Origin: Candidatus Marinacidobacterales bacterium
Lineage (GTDB): Bacteria; Acidobacteriota; Vicinamibacteria; Marinacidobacterales; SMYC01
Reading direction: 5' to 3'
Length of the DNA stretch: 64,000 nt
Assembly (NCBI GenBank): GCA_965224085.1
Contig: CBDCYI010000005.1
Location: forward strand, 1,632,001 to 1,696,000
The translations under genes and the position numbers were made by a program. The notes beneath the pieces were generated by a model, which was given only the letters and a program-made list of their open reading frames with translations, was not told the origin of the DNA and made no database searches. Positions 42,076 to 52,300 of the stretch are shown here, piece after piece. Positions within the stretch are counted from its first letter, which is position 1. Every line of letters begins with the position of its first letter.

Positions 42076-43038
42076 TTGCGTGTTTTGATTACTGGAGTCA
42101 CGGGCTTCGCGGGCAGCCACCTCGCCGAGTTCATTCTCGCGGAGCATCCCGATGCTGAGATCTTCGGCACGATGAGATGGCGCAGCCGCATGGAGAATAT
42201 TCGCAACGTCGAATCCAAGATCCAGTTGCTCGAATGCGATTTACGGGATTTGAGCTCCGCCAAGCAGTTGATGGAGCGTGCTAACCCCGATCGGATCTTT
42301 CATCTCGCCGCGCAGAGTTTTGTGCCCTCGTCCTGGAACGCGCCCGCAGAATCACTGACGACGAACATTCTCGGACAACTGAATGTTTTCGAAGCCGTGC
42401 GCGCGATGAGCGCGGATCCTTGGATCCAGATCGCTTGCTCGAGCGAAGAATACGGCATGGTCTACGAGAACGAGCTTCCGATCAAGGAGACCAACCCGTT
42501 GAGGCCGCTTTCGCCTTACGCCGTCAGCAAAGTGGGGCAGGATTACCTCGGCTATCAATATTGTCAAAGCTTTGGCCTCAAAGTTATCCGTACGCGCGGT
42601 TTCAACCACGACGGTCCGCGGCGTGGAGACGTGTTCGTCTCATCCAATTTTGCGAAGCAGATCGTGATGATCGAAAAGGGCAAAAAGCCACCGGTGATGT
42701 ATGTCGGCAACCTCGAAGCGCGACGAGACTTTACCGATGTGCGCGACATAGTTCGCGGCTACTGGCTCGCGCTCGACGGAAATTGTGAGCCGGGCGAGGC
42801 CTACAACCTGTGCAGCGGCACCGATTACGGCATTCAGGACGTCCTCGACAAGCTTGTCGAGATGTCGGGCCAGAAAGTGGAGGTGCGTGAAGATCCCGAG
42901 CGCTTGCGCCCCTCCGACGTCCCCGTGCTCCTCGGCGACGCCTCGAAGTTCAAAGCGGCCACCGGTTGGGAGCCAACCATTCCTTACGAACAGACCCTCC
43001 AGGACATGCTCGATTACTGGAGAGGGGAGATTCCCTGA
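42076..43038 (+). CDS. GDP-mannose 4,6-dehydratase / GDP-4-keto-6-deoxymannose reductase family SDR
   Basis: TGVTGFAGSHL, HLAAQSFV, SSEEYG, PYAVSK, FNHDGPRR, RDFTDVRD. Confidence 0.88.
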   Translation: MRVLITGVTGFAGSHLAEFILAEHPDAEIFGTMRWRSRMENIRNVESKIQLLECDLRDLSSAKQLMERANPDRIFHLAAQSFVPSSWNAPAESLTTNILGQLNVFEAVRAMSADPWIQIACSSEEYGMVYENELPIKETNPLRPLSPYAVSKVGQDYLGYQYCQSFGLKVIRTRGFNHDGPRRGDVFVSSNFAKQIVMIEKGKKPPVMYVGNLEARRDFTDVRDIVRGYWLALDGNCEPGEAYNLCSGTDYGIQDVLDKLVEMSGQKVEVREDPERLRPSDVPVLLGDASKFKAATGWEPTIPYEQTLQDMLDYWRGEIP

Positions 43039-44019
43039 GTGCGTGCTCTCGTGACGGGAGCGGCTGGATTCGTCGGCCGTCATCTGACAGCGCATCTCAA
43101 AGAGGCAGGGCACGACGTCTTCGGACTCGTGCACCCGAGCGAGCGGAATGACCGGCCTAGCGGGATCCGCGCGACCTCCGCGGATCTTCTAGACGATGTG
43201 GCGCTCGTGAAAGCCGTCAAGGACGTCGAGCCGGACGTCATCTATCATCTCGCGGCGTTCTCCAATCCCGAGACCTCGCTGCGCTACGCGCGGCTTACGT
43301 TCGAGACCAACTTTCTCGGCACCCAAAATCTGCTCGAAGCCGCGAAGGATACGGGGCGGAACCCGCGCATTCTGCTCGTCGGCTCCGGTCAGCAATATGG
43401 TCAAGTTGCGGAGGCCGAGCAGCCTATCGGCGAGGATCGGAGGCAGCGCCCGTTGACGCCCTACGCTGTGAGCAAGGCGTCTCAGGAGCTTCTCGGCCAG
43501 CGTTATTTCCTCTCGGAAGGCTCCGCCGTTTTTTGGACGCGCTCGTTCAACCATACGGGTCCGGGGCAGGCCGATTCCTATGTCTGCTCGAGTTTCGCGC
43601 GGCAAGTTGCGGAGATCGAAGCCTTGGGCCGCGAGCCGAAGATTCGCGTCGGGAATCTCGCTGCGCGACGAGATTTCACCGATGTACGGGATGTGGCGCG
43701 CGCCTATACGGCCATCATCGAGCGCGGTGAGCCGGGGCGAGCGTACAATGTTTGCCGTGGAGATGCTGTCGCCATCCAGGAGATCCTGGACGTTCTTGTC
43801 TCACTCTCCACAGTGCCCGTCGAAGTGAAGGTGGACTCGGAGCGCTACCACGCTCTGGACGCGGCACTCATCGTGGGAGACGCCACGCGGCTCAGAGACG
43901 AGCTCGGTTTCTCGCCGAGATATTCGCTGAGGGAGACGCTCGAGGATCTCTTGAACGATTGGCGGCAGCGGCTCGCTGTGGAAAAAAAGGAGATGGAGGA
44001 GCCAGAGGAGACGCCTTGA
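43039..44019 (+). CDS. Second Gmd/Rmd-family SDR
   Basis: TGAAGFVG, PYAVSK, FNHTGPGQ, RDFTDVRDV. Confidence 0.85.
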   Translation: MRALVTGAAGFVGRHLTAHLKEAGHDVFGLVHPSERNDRPSGIRATSADLLDDVALVKAVKDVEPDVIYHLAAFSNPETSLRYARLTFETNFLGTQNLLEAAKDTGRNPRILLVGSGQQYGQVAEAEQPIGEDRRQRPLTPYAVSKASQELLGQRYFLSEGSAVFWTRSFNHTGPGQADSYVCSSFARQVAEIEALGREPKIRVGNLAARRDFTDVRDVARAYTAIIERGEPGRAYNVCRGDAVAIQEILDVLVSLSTVPVEVKVDSERYHALDAALIVGDATRLRDELGFSPRYSLRETLEDLLNDWRQRLAVEKKEMEEPEETP

Positions 44020-45980
44020 CACCGGTCCTCGCCCTTCTCGCCGCTCTTTTTCTCCTCTCGCTTCTTTCGTTCCCGTTCGGAAATTACGGTACCTTCTTGA
44101 CGGCTAGCTTGGCCGCTGGCGCCTTTCTCATCGCCGCCCGGAGGACGAGCCCTCCACCTCATCAAGCGTCGCCTCCACACCACAGTCTTTGGGCCGCGCT
44201 TGCTCTCGGCGGGGTGTTCTTTCTTGCGCTCGTCGCTCGATGGCCCATCGCGACCCATGATGTCGAGCACTATGTCGGACCCGACGAAGGCGAGGTCGTC
44301 GAGAACGTTCTGGAGATGTTAAAGACCGGCGATTTCGATCACCGGCATCCGGGCTATCCCGGGCTCCACTTTTATCTCCAGATGATCCCAGCCAGGGCCC
44401 ATCTAAAGGCGTCGGGACGGACCATCCCCGAGCTGCCACGTTCTGGGTTCTATCTCGCGGCGCGGCGGCTGACTCTGGTCGCGGGACTCTTGGCAGCGGT
44501 GGTCGTGTTTTGGATCGGCCGCGCTTGGCTCTCTTCGTGGAGCGCGGCTTTCGGTGCGAGCCTCGTGCTGGTCTCACCGCTCGCGTTTCTGGAGTCGGCC
44601 GTCGTCAGTCCGGATCTCATGTTGATGTTGTTTGTCTTGATCTCCCTTTGGCTGTCGCTGCGCCTGCTCGAGCAGCGGAGTGCTCCGGCGTTCGCGCTCG
44701 CGGGAATCGCAGTCGGCCTCGCATGCGCGATCAAATATACGGGGGGCTTCGCGGTCGCACCGTATCTGGTGGCCTGGTGGCTCGGTCCGGAGAGGCGCTC
44801 CCACGCGGCGAGAGTTTTCTTTGGCCTCCTCGCTGCCGGCGTCGCCTTCGCGGCCGTGAGCCCATACACACTTTTGAATCTTCCCTTGTTCTACCGCGGC
44901 CTCACGATGCATATCGGCTACTACCGCGCGGCCGAGCTCAATGCGCCGCTCGCGCTGTCGCGACAACTCGCTACGCGCGGCGTCGGCATGCTTGCTTCGG
45001 TGGCGGCTTTTGCCTCTTCCGTGCGGGCGCTCGTCGCGCCTGACAAGAGGCTTCTCGTACTGCTCGCCTACCCAATCACCTATTGGGTCGTTTTTTCGTT
45101 CTTCGATCGAGCGTTTCCGCGCCACGCGCTCGTGCTGCTGCCATTCGTGGCGCTTCTCGCGGCGGACGCGACCGAGCGCATCGCGCGTCGTAGCCGCAAA
45201 GCCGGAATCGTTGTCGCTGCCGCACTTCTCGCGGCGCCTGCTTACGCGACGCTCGACGTCGCCGCGCGCGCCCGCCGCGCGACCCCGGCGGAGAATGCGG
45301 CTTCATGGGCCGCACAGAAACTTCCAGCGGGAAGCCGCGTACTCCAGGATCAATTTACGCCGAGCTTGGATCCGGAGCGATTTCGCGTCTATCGTCTGCG
45401 CGTCGAAGAGAAGCGTTTCGTCGGCAACTACGACTACGTGTTTCATTCGGGCTACCCGCCTGGATTGAGCACATTGGGGCTTCGGGAAGTCGCGCGCTTC
45501 GACAACGAGGAGGCGATCGGAAGCGGCGTCGCGGTCTATCAGGTTCCGGATCGTGCGAGCCTGATGCCGGTGAGCATGCCCGACGTCAGGTTCGGGGCAG
45601 GCGAGATCCCGTTCTTTGGAGAGGGCTGGTACGCGCCCGAAGCCGGCGCCTACCAGACCTCGCGGTTGTCGCAAGGACAACGCTCCGAGATCTACTTCAA
45701 ACTCCCCGACACCTTCGCGTCCGATTTGACGGCCGAGCTTTCCGTGGGTGCCTTGTCGCGCGAGCCGACTCGGGTGAACGTCTTGCTGAACAAGCATCGG
45801 CTCGCTCCGTTGAGCATCGAGGGAGAGCGCGGCCAATACCCCATTCGCTTTCCGAGCGAGAAGCTGAATCGTGGGCTGAATCGGCTGGAGCTAGGCTACG
45901 AGACGCTGACCCGAAGGAATCGCCGCCGCCGCGATACGGCGATAAGACTGTACAGCGTGGCCCTCTCGAATGTTCCCTGA
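44016..45980 (+). CDS. GT-C fold (ArnT/PMT-like) membrane glycosyltransferase
   Basis: GPDE loop, YPGL, GLACAIKY, many TM helices; TTGA overlap with the upstream gene. Confidence 0.8.
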   Translation: MTPVLALLAALFLLSLLSFPFGNYGTFLTASLAAGAFLIAARRTSPPPHQASPPHHSLWAALALGGVFFLALVARWPIATHDVEHYVGPDEGEVVENVLEMLKTGDFDHRHPGYPGLHFYLQMIPARAHLKASGRTIPELPRSGFYLAARRLTLVAGLLAAVVVFWIGRAWLSSWSAAFGASLVLVSPLAFLESAVVSPDLMLMLFVLISLWLSLRLLEQRSAPAFALAGIAVGLACAIKYTGGFAVAPYLVAWWLGPERRSHAARVFFGLLAAGVAFAAVSPYTLLNLPLFYRGLTMHIGYYRAAELNAPLALSRQLATRGVGMLASVAAFASSVRALVAPDKRLLVLLAYPITYWVVFSFFDRAFPRHALVLLPFVALLAADATERIARRSRKAGIVVAAALLAAPAYATLDVAARARRATPAENAASWAAQKLPAGSRVLQDQFTPSLDPERFRVYRLRVEEKRFVGNYDYVFHSGYPPGLSTLGLREVARFDNEEAIGSGVAVYQVPDRASLMPVSMPDVRFGAGEIPFFGEGWYAPEAGAYQTSRLSQGQRSEIYFKLPDTFASDLTAELSVGALSREPTRVNVLLNKHRLAPLSIEGERGQYPIRFPSEKLNRGLNRLELGYETLTRRNRRRRDTAIRLYSVALSNVP

Positions 45981-46000
45981 CTTCGCCGCGGCAAAGCCCG

Positions 46001-46807
46001 TTACTCCCCGCTGAAATCGAGCCCTTCGTCGCCGAATTCGAGCTCATCGCCGACTTCGTCCGTCTCCCACTCTTGTTCCTTTTCGTCTTTTGAGGCGGAT
46101 TCCGCTGCGGGTGGGGTTGTCGGCTCGGGGGGGCCTCCGTGTTGACCCACGACCACCCGGGCCGGTCGGATGAGCGAGTCCTTCAGCATATAGCCCGGCT
46201 GCAGCTCTTTGATGACCACTCCGTCTTGCGACTCGTCGGAGACTTCCACCATTTCCGCCGCTTCGCTGTGCATGGGATCGAAGGTCTGGCCACGAACGAA
46301 AATCTTCTCGAGACCTTCTGTTTTCAAGAGCTGCACGAGGCGTGAGCGTACGAGCATGATGCCTTGAAGGACGGCATCCGGATCGAAGCTGCCTTCGATT
46401 GAATCGATGGCGCGATCCAGGTTGTCGAGCACTTCGACGAAACGCGCGATGAAATCACCCTTGGACTGCTCGAAGCGTCGGCGCTCGGTCTTTTGGATGC
46501 GCCCGCGCTGCCTTTCGGTTTCCGTCTTCTTCGAGCGGTAGGCCTCCATGACCTGCTCGATTTGCTTGTCTTTGCGTTCGAGCTGGGCTTTGAGGCTGCG
46601 AATCTGCTGAAGCGCTTTTTCCGGGAAGTCAGGCTCAGCTCGTGGCGCGTCCGGCGCAGGCGCCTCCTCAACGGGCGCCGGGTCGTCCACGATTTCGATG
46701 ATTTCGTCCGCTTCTTCGGGAATACCCATAGACACCGACGGCGTGGTTTCGGGCTCCGGGTCTGTGGCGGATCCCGAAGCTCGGGCCTTATCGCTCTGTT
46801 CTTCCAA
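46001..46807 (-). CDS. grpE: Nucleotide exchange factor GrpE
   Basis: VLDNLDRA, FDPMHSEA, QPGYML, IRPARVVV; acidic termini. Confidence 0.85.
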   Translation of the reverse strand: MEEQSDKARASGSATDPEPETTPSVSMGIPEEADEIIEIVDDPAPVEEAPAPDAPRAEPDFPEKALQQIRSLKAQLERKDKQIEQVMEAYRSKKTETERQRGRIQKTERRRFEQSKGDFIARFVEVLDNLDRAIDSIEGSFDPDAVLQGIMLVRSRLVQLLKTEGLEKIFVRGQTFDPMHSEAAEMVEVSDESQDGVVIKELQPGYMLKDSLIRPARVVVGQHGGPPEPTTPPAAESASKDEKEQEWETDEVGDELEFGDEGLDFSGE

Positions 46808-46965
46808 AGCTCAAGTATCCCCTGGTTTCAGGGTCAAGACGGATTGTGTCCTTTAACTGAGAGAACAATAATATCTTACACAAAAAAACACCAGTTAGGG
46901 TAGCGTGTGAAGGGACGACGGATCGCCTCGGCGGCACGGGCTGAAAACCGCTAAGATAGGGCGCT

Positions 46966-48282
46966 ATGAACGACCCGCTGGCTTTTCTTCGTGCGACGGA
47001 TCCGGAGATTGCGGATGCCTGTGACCGTGAGGCCGAGCGCCAGGCCTCGGAGCTCGAGCTGATCGGGTCGGAAAACTTCACGAGCGAAGCCGTTTTGGCG
47101 GCCACGGGCTCGGTGTTCACCAACAAATACGCGGAGGGCTACCCCGGGCGACGTTATTACGGTGGCTGCCATGTCGTGGACGATGTCGAGCGTCTCGCGA
47201 TCGCACGCGCGCAGGAGCTATTTTCAGCGGAGCACGTCAACGTCCAGCCTCACAGTGGCACCCAGGCGAATATGGCGGTGTACATGACGCTGCTCGAGCC
47301 GGGTGACACGTTCATGGGAATGGATCTAGCACATGGCGGCCATCTCACCCACGGGCACCCGCTGAACTTCTCGGGCCGTCTCTACGGCGTCGTCCCTTAT
47401 GGCGTGAGGCGCGACGACGAACAGATCGACTACGACGCGATGGCGGAGCTCGCGCGCGAGCATCGTCCCAAGATGATCATCGCGGGAGCGAGCGCCTATC
47501 CACGGTTCATCGACTTCGCCCGCATACGCGCGATCGCGGACGATGTGGGCGCGAAATTTGTGACGGATATGGCGCACATCGCCGGCCTCGTCGCCGGCGG
47601 CGCTCACCCGAGCCCCGTGCCCCATTCGGACGTGGTGACGTCGACGACGCACAAGACCCTTCGAGGCCCGCGAGGAGGTCTGATCCTTTCCAAAGAGGAA
47701 TACAAGGGAGACATCAATCGGGTGACCTTTCCCGGCATTCAAGGCGGGCCGCTCGTGCATGTCATAGCCGGGAAGGCCGTGTGCTTCAAAGAAGCGCTTC
47801 GAGCCACGTTCAAGGACTACGCGCATCAGGTCGTGGCGAACGCCAAGGCCTTGGCCGCCGCCATCGGGGACGAAGGGTTTCGGCTCGTCTCGGGCGGAAC
47901 GGACAACCACTTGCTTCTTGTCGATGTGGGGGCGAGGGAGATCACCGGCAAAGAAGCTGAGGAGGCTTTGGGTTCGGCGTTCATCACCGTGAACAAGAAC
48001 GTGATCCCGTTCGATACGCGACCGCCACTCGTCGCGAGCGGGGTCCGGCTCGGGACGGCGGCATTGACCACGCGCGGGATGAAGCAAGACGAAATGAAGC
48101 TCATAGGGGGCCTCATCGGGCGCGCGCTGCGGGGCCGCGAGGATGCGACCGAGCTCGAGCGCGTACGCGCGCGCGTCGAGGAGCTTTCGGACGGCTTTCC
48201 ACTCTATCCATACTTGGAGGCAGGCGCCCGCCTTCGCCAAGGCTCCGGCGAGGCAGGCGCCGGGGAGGATCGGCGTCTTTGA
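46966..48282 (+). CDS. glyA: Serine hydroxymethyltransferase
   Basis: [43 protein letters not shown]. Confidence 0.97.
   Translation: MNDPLAFLRATDPEIADACDREAERQASELELIGSENFTSEAVLAATGSVFTNKYAEGYPGRRYYGGCHVVDDVERLAIARAQELFSAEHVNVQPHSGTQANMAVYMTLLEPGDTFMGMDLAHGGHLTHGHPLNFSGRLYGVVPYGVRRDDEQIDYDAMAELAREHRPKMIIAGASAYPRFIDFARIRAIADDVGAKFVTDMAHIAGLVAGGAHPSPVPHSDVVTSTTHKTLRGPRGGLILSKEEYKGDINRVTFPGIQGGPLVHVIAGKAVCFKEALRATFKDYAHQVVANAKALAAAIGDEGFRLVSGGTDNHLLLVDVGAREITGKEAEEALGSAFITVNKNVIPFDTRPPLVASGVRLGTAALTTRGMKQDEMKLIGGLIGRALRGREDATELERVRARVEELSDGFPLYPYLEAGARLRQGSGEAGAGEDRRL
48217..48261 (+). repeat. Palindromic REP-like insert with 12-bp direct repeats in the glyA 3' end
   Basis: GAGGCAGGCGCC at 48217 and 48250 bracketing cgccttcgccaaggctccggc. 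Confidence 0.6.
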
Positions 48283-48293
48283 TCTCGTCCTAA

Positions 48294-50285
48294 ATGGAAA
48301 TGACCGAAAGTACGAGCCTCAGCACACCGGAGCGCGAGCTCGATAGGCTGGACGTCGACCATGTGCGGGAGCTTCTCGGAGAAGACAGCCCGCTGAGGGC
48401 GGCGCTCCCCGCCTTCGAGTATCGGCGCTCGCAGCAAGACATGGCGGCGGCGGTGGCCGAAGTCTTTCGAGACGGAGGCGAGCTTCTCGTCGAGGCGGGG
48501 ACGGGCACCGGCAAGACGCTCGCTTATTTGATCCCGGCCGTGCTTTCCGGTCAGCGGGTCGTGGTCTCCACCGGCACGAAGAATCTGCAAGAACAGCTTT
48601 TCTATAAAGACATCCCGTTGTTGAGAAAGGCGATGCAAGTGCCTTTCACCGCGTGTTTGATGAAAGGACGCGGCAACTATCTCTGCCTCACGCGCCACGC
48701 CCAATTCGCGATGCAGCCCACGTTTCGTCTCTTTCAAGAGGCGAGTCATTTCGACGCGGTCGAGCGCTGGGCTTCGATCACGAAGACCGGTGATCGCGCC
48801 GAGATCCCTGGCGTTCCCGACCGACTGGATTTTTGGAAAGGCATTTCCGCGAGGAGCGAGAACTGCACCGGCAGAGACTGCCCGGAATTCGAGCGCTGCT
48901 ACGTGACCAAGATTCGGCAGCGCGCGGCGGAAAGCGACATCATCATCGTCAATCATCACTTGCTCTTTGCCGACCTGATGGTGCGTGAGGGAAGCTATGG
49001 GGAAGTCCTTCCCGAATACGACTACCTCATCTTAGACGAGTCCCATCAGATCGAAGACGTTGCGACACAATATTTTGGACTCTTCGTAAGCAATGTTCGC
49101 GTCGACGAGCTCGTGCGTGATTGTGAGGAGGCATGGAAAACGCGCGCTAAGGGCGAGCGCGTGTCGAAAGCCCAGCTTCAGCTCAGACGTCTCAGACACT
49201 CGGGACAAGATCTCTTCGAGTCCTTCCGGGGTGGTGACGAGCGTTACCGTCTCAAGCCTAAGGCGATGACGACCGCTCAGGAGCGTTTGCGCAACGCCTT
49301 CGTCAAAGAGATCACCAAAGTTCGAAGCGAGCTTTCTGGAATCCCGAAGCCGGACGAGGCTACGATCGCTCTATCCCGCCGTTCCGGTGAGATCGAGCTG
49401 GACCTTTTGTCGATTCTCGCGGCCAGCGACCCGGAGGCCGTCTCGTGGTGCGAGCAGAGAGAGCGCTCCGTCGCCTTGCGCTCGTCGCCGATCCATGTCG
49501 CACCTTTCCTACAAGCGAGTCTCTTCGAGCGCAAGCACGCGGTCGTGATGACGTCGGCGACGCTCGCTGTCGACGATTCGTTCGAATATATGGCTTCGCG
49601 GCTCGGGGTTGCGACGGACCGCTGCACGACACTTGCATCCCCCTTCGACTATCGCGAACAAGCGCTCTTATACATTCCGCGACATCTCCCCCCGCCGCGC
49701 GAGAAGGCGTTCATGGAGGAAGCCATCGCGGAGATCCGATCGCTTCTCGACGTGAGCCGGGGCCGCGCTTTCGTGCTGTTTACCAGTTTTCAGAATCTAC
49801 GCGCGACGAAGCGCGACTTCGAGGGCAACCTGCCCTATCCTTTGCTCGTGCATGGAGACGCGCCCCGTGGCGAGCTGCTCGATCGTTTTCGTAAGACTCC
49901 CGGAGCCGTGCTGCTCGGAACGTCCAGCTTTTGGGAGGGCGTCGACGTCATGGGTGAACAGCTGTCCTGCGTCATCGTGGACAAGCTGCCTTTCGCTGTG
50001 CCGGGCGACCCGCTTGTTTCGGCGCGGATCGATCTCGTGGCCAGCACCGGTGGCAATGGATTCGCAGACTATCAGGTGCCCATGGCGATTCTGTCTCTGA
50101 AGCAGGGGCTCGGCCGCCTCATCCGCTCCAAAGCCGATCGCGGCGTCGTGGCCATCCTAGACAGCCGTGTCGCAAACATGGGCTACGGTAAGCGCTTCTT
50201 GTCGAGTCTTCCGCCCTATCGTCCGACCTATGATCGGCGCGACGTCGAGCGCTTTTTCGAAGCCCCTCGAGCCCCCAGTGCCTAG
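48294..50285 (+). CDS. DinG/YoaA-family ATP-dependent helicase
   Basis: EAGTGTGKT, Fe-S Cys residues, DESH, TSATL, LFTS, FWEGVD, QGLGRLIR. Confidence 0.93.
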   Translation: MEMTESTSLSTPERELDRLDVDHVRELLGEDSPLRAALPAFEYRRSQQDMAAAVAEVFRDGGELLVEAGTGTGKTLAYLIPAVLSGQRVVVSTGTKNLQEQLFYKDIPLLRKAMQVPFTACLMKGRGNYLCLTRHAQFAMQPTFRLFQEASHFDAVERWASITKTGDRAEIPGVPDRLDFWKGISARSENCTGRDCPEFERCYVTKIRQRAAESDIIIVNHHLLFADLMVREGSYGEVLPEYDYLILDESHQIEDVATQYFGLFVSNVRVDELVRDCEEAWKTRAKGERVSKAQLQLRRLRHSGQDLFESFRGGDERYRLKPKAMTTAQERLRNAFVKEITKVRSELSGIPKPDEATIALSRRSGEIELDLLSILAASDPEAVSWCEQRERSVALRSSPIHVAPFLQASLFERKHAVVMTSATLAVDDSFEYMASRLGVATDRCTTLASPFDYREQALLYIPRHLPPPREKAFMEEAIAEIRSLLDVSRGRAFVLFTSFQNLRATKRDFEGNLPYPLLVHGDAPRGELLDRFRKTPGAVLLGTSSFWEGVDVMGEQLSCVIVDKLPFAVPGDPLVSARIDLVASTGGNGFADYQVPMAILSLKQGLGRLIRSKADRGVVAILDSRVANMGYGKRFLSSLPPYRPTYDRRDVERFFEAPRAPSA

Positions 50286-50658
50286 AGACCAGTTCGAAGT
50301 AACCGTGGAAGTCACGTTTGCCGCGTCGCACCAGGTGCGGGGCTACAAGGCGGATCTCGAGCCGCTGCACGGGCACAATTTTCGTGTCGAGGCCTTCGTC
50401 GATGCCGATACGCTCCCCGACACGGGCTACGTCGTCGACTTTCTAGAGCTCGAAAAGACCCTCCAACAAGTCATAGCACCTTACGACCACCGCCATCTGA
50501 ACGACATCGCCCCTTTCGACGACATCAACCCCACCACTGAGAACATGGCCCGTTTGTTTTATCAGGAGCTCGAGAACAAGCTCCCCGAGGGCGCCTCTTT
50601 GGCCCGCATCCGCGTCTGGGAGGCCCCCACCTATAGCGCGAGCTTCAGCAGGCGCTAA
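50278..50658 (+). CDS. PTPS/QueD-family protein with PTPS-III-type motif
   Basis: FAASH, EPLHGHNFRV, DHRHLN, PTTENMA, VWE; no active-site Cys. Confidence 0.85.
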   Translation: MPRDQFEVTVEVTFAASHQVRGYKADLEPLHGHNFRVEAFVDADTLPDTGYVVDFLELEKTLQQVIAPYDHRHLNDIAPFDDINPTTENMARLFYQELENKLPEGASLARIRVWEAPTYSASFSRR

Positions 50659-50938
50659 AAGGTCATCTGCACCCCTGCCAGAGTTCTTCCCGAAGCGTTG
50701 ACGAACGCCCGCGAGCCCGCGCGAGCTTTGCGATGCCCGAACTTTACGCAGTGTCAGGGTGCCATAGAGCCACGGCCACCCTGTCGCGAGCGGAGCGAGC
50801 CCGGCCCGAAGGGCCGCCGACGGTAGGCGAGCGAACGAAGAGAGAGCGAGCACTAAACAGATAATGTGTAGAGTAATTCCCACACAGGGCCGAAAAGGCG
50901 CTATAATAAGCACTTCTGAGTTCCTGAGTCGACAACCC

Positions 50939-51649
50939 ATGGATATTTCGGCGCGTTTCGAGGATATACGTGACCGTATGGAAAAGGCGGCAACCCGTTC
51001 GGGGCGCGAACCCGGCTCGGTCCGGCTCATCGCCGTCAGCAAAACGAGAACCGTCGAGGAGATCGCCCAAGCTGTCCAGGCCGGAGTGACTGATGTCGGA
51101 GAGAACAAAGTCAAGGAAGCGGAGACGAAAAAACCTGAATTCGGGGCATCTCCGCGCTGGCATCTCATCGGCCACCTGCAGAAGAACAAGGCCAAGAAGG
51201 CTGTCCAGCTCTTCGACGTCATCCACTCCGTGGACAGCGTCGCCATCGGCGAGCGGATCGACCGCCTCGCCGGCGAACTCGACAAGGTTCAGCCCATTCT
51301 GTTGCAGGTCGATCTTGCGGGTGAAGAGTCGAAGTCCGGCCTCCCGGAAGAAAAGCTCTTCGACACGCTCGAAACGCTCAGCCGTTGCGCTCGTCTACGG
51401 ATCGAAGGCCTGATGGTACTGCCGCCCTATTTCGATGACGAGAACGAAGTAAGGCCCTATTTCCGCAGCCTGCGAGAGCTCTCGGAGACAGCACGTGAGC
51501 GCGGCGTGCTCACGGGAAAAGAGCTCTCGATGGGAATGAGCCACGACTTCGAGATCGCTATCGAGCAAGGCGCAACCCTAATCCGAATAGGAACGGCAAT
51601 CTTCGGCCCGCGCCCGAAGAAACCCGAAATCACCGAACAGCTCGTGTAA
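50939..51649 (+). CDS. yggS: PLP homeostasis protein YggS/PROSC
   Basis: LIAVSK, GENKVKE, WHLIGHLQKNK, LSMGMSHDF, IRIGTAIFG. Confidence 0.95.
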   Translation: MDISARFEDIRDRMEKAATRSGREPGSVRLIAVSKTRTVEEIAQAVQAGVTDVGENKVKEAETKKPEFGASPRWHLIGHLQKNKAKKAVQLFDVIHSVDSVAIGERIDRLAGELDKVQPILLQVDLAGEESKSGLPEEKLFDTLETLSRCARLRIEGLMVLPPYFDDENEVRPYFRSLRELSETARERGVLTGKELSMGMSHDFEIAIEQGATLIRIGTAIFGPRPKKPEITEQLV

Positions 51650-51713
51650 ACAAGATGAATAACAGTCAAAAGCGTTTAGCTGAATGCCGAATGCTGATAA
51701 AAAGGAGTCGAGG

Positions 51714-52256
51714 ATGAAACTAACCCCTCTGGACATCCAGCGACACGAGTTTCAGCAGAAACTAACCCCTCTGGACATCCAGCGACACGAGTTTCAGCAG
51801 CGCTCGTTCCGAGGACTAGATTCGGACGAGGTTAGAACGTTCTTGATCGACGTGTCCGAGGAGATGGAACAGCTCCGTTCCGAGCACGAGAAACAGTCGG
51901 AGGACATTCGCCGCGCGAACCTACTCTTGTCGGAGCACCATCAGCGCGAGGAGATTCTGAAGAATACGCTCGTGGCCGCTCAGCGCACGTCGGAAGAGCT
52001 GAAGGATAACGCAAAAAAGCAGTCGCAAATGCTTCTGAAAGAAGCCGAGCTCGCCGCCGATCGACTCGTCGAAGCCGCGCAAGCGCGGGCTCACGAGATC
52101 GAAAAAGACATCGTCGAGCTCAAGATGCAGAAGCGACAGGTTTTGAACTCGATCCTGGCCGCCATCGCGAATCTCAGGAACTTGATTCAGCTGATGAGCG
52201 AGAGCGACGCCCAGCAAGACAAGCTGAGCTTCCTGAAACGCAAAGCCGTTCCCTAA
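51714..52256 (+). CDS. DivIVA-domain protein with duplicated N-terminus
   Basis: MKLTPLDI..F...FRG.D..EV; coiled coil; follows yggS. Confidence 0.88.
   Translation: MKLTPLDIQRHEFQQKLTPLDIQRHEFQQRSFRGLDSDEVRTFLIDVSEEMEQLRSEHEKQSEDIRRANLLLSEHHQREEILKNTLVAAQRTSEELKDNAKKQSQMLLKEAELAADRLVEAAQARAHEIEKDIVELKMQKRQVLNSILAAIANLRNLIQLMSESDAQQDKLSFLKRKAVP
51717..51800 (+). repeat. Perfect 42-bp tandem duplication
   Basis: 51717-51758 = 51759-51800 (KLTPLDIQRHEFQQ x2). Confidence 0.95.
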
Positions 52257-52300
52257 TCCCTTATATAAGTAGTGATACAGGGGATTTGCCCGGCAGTCTG

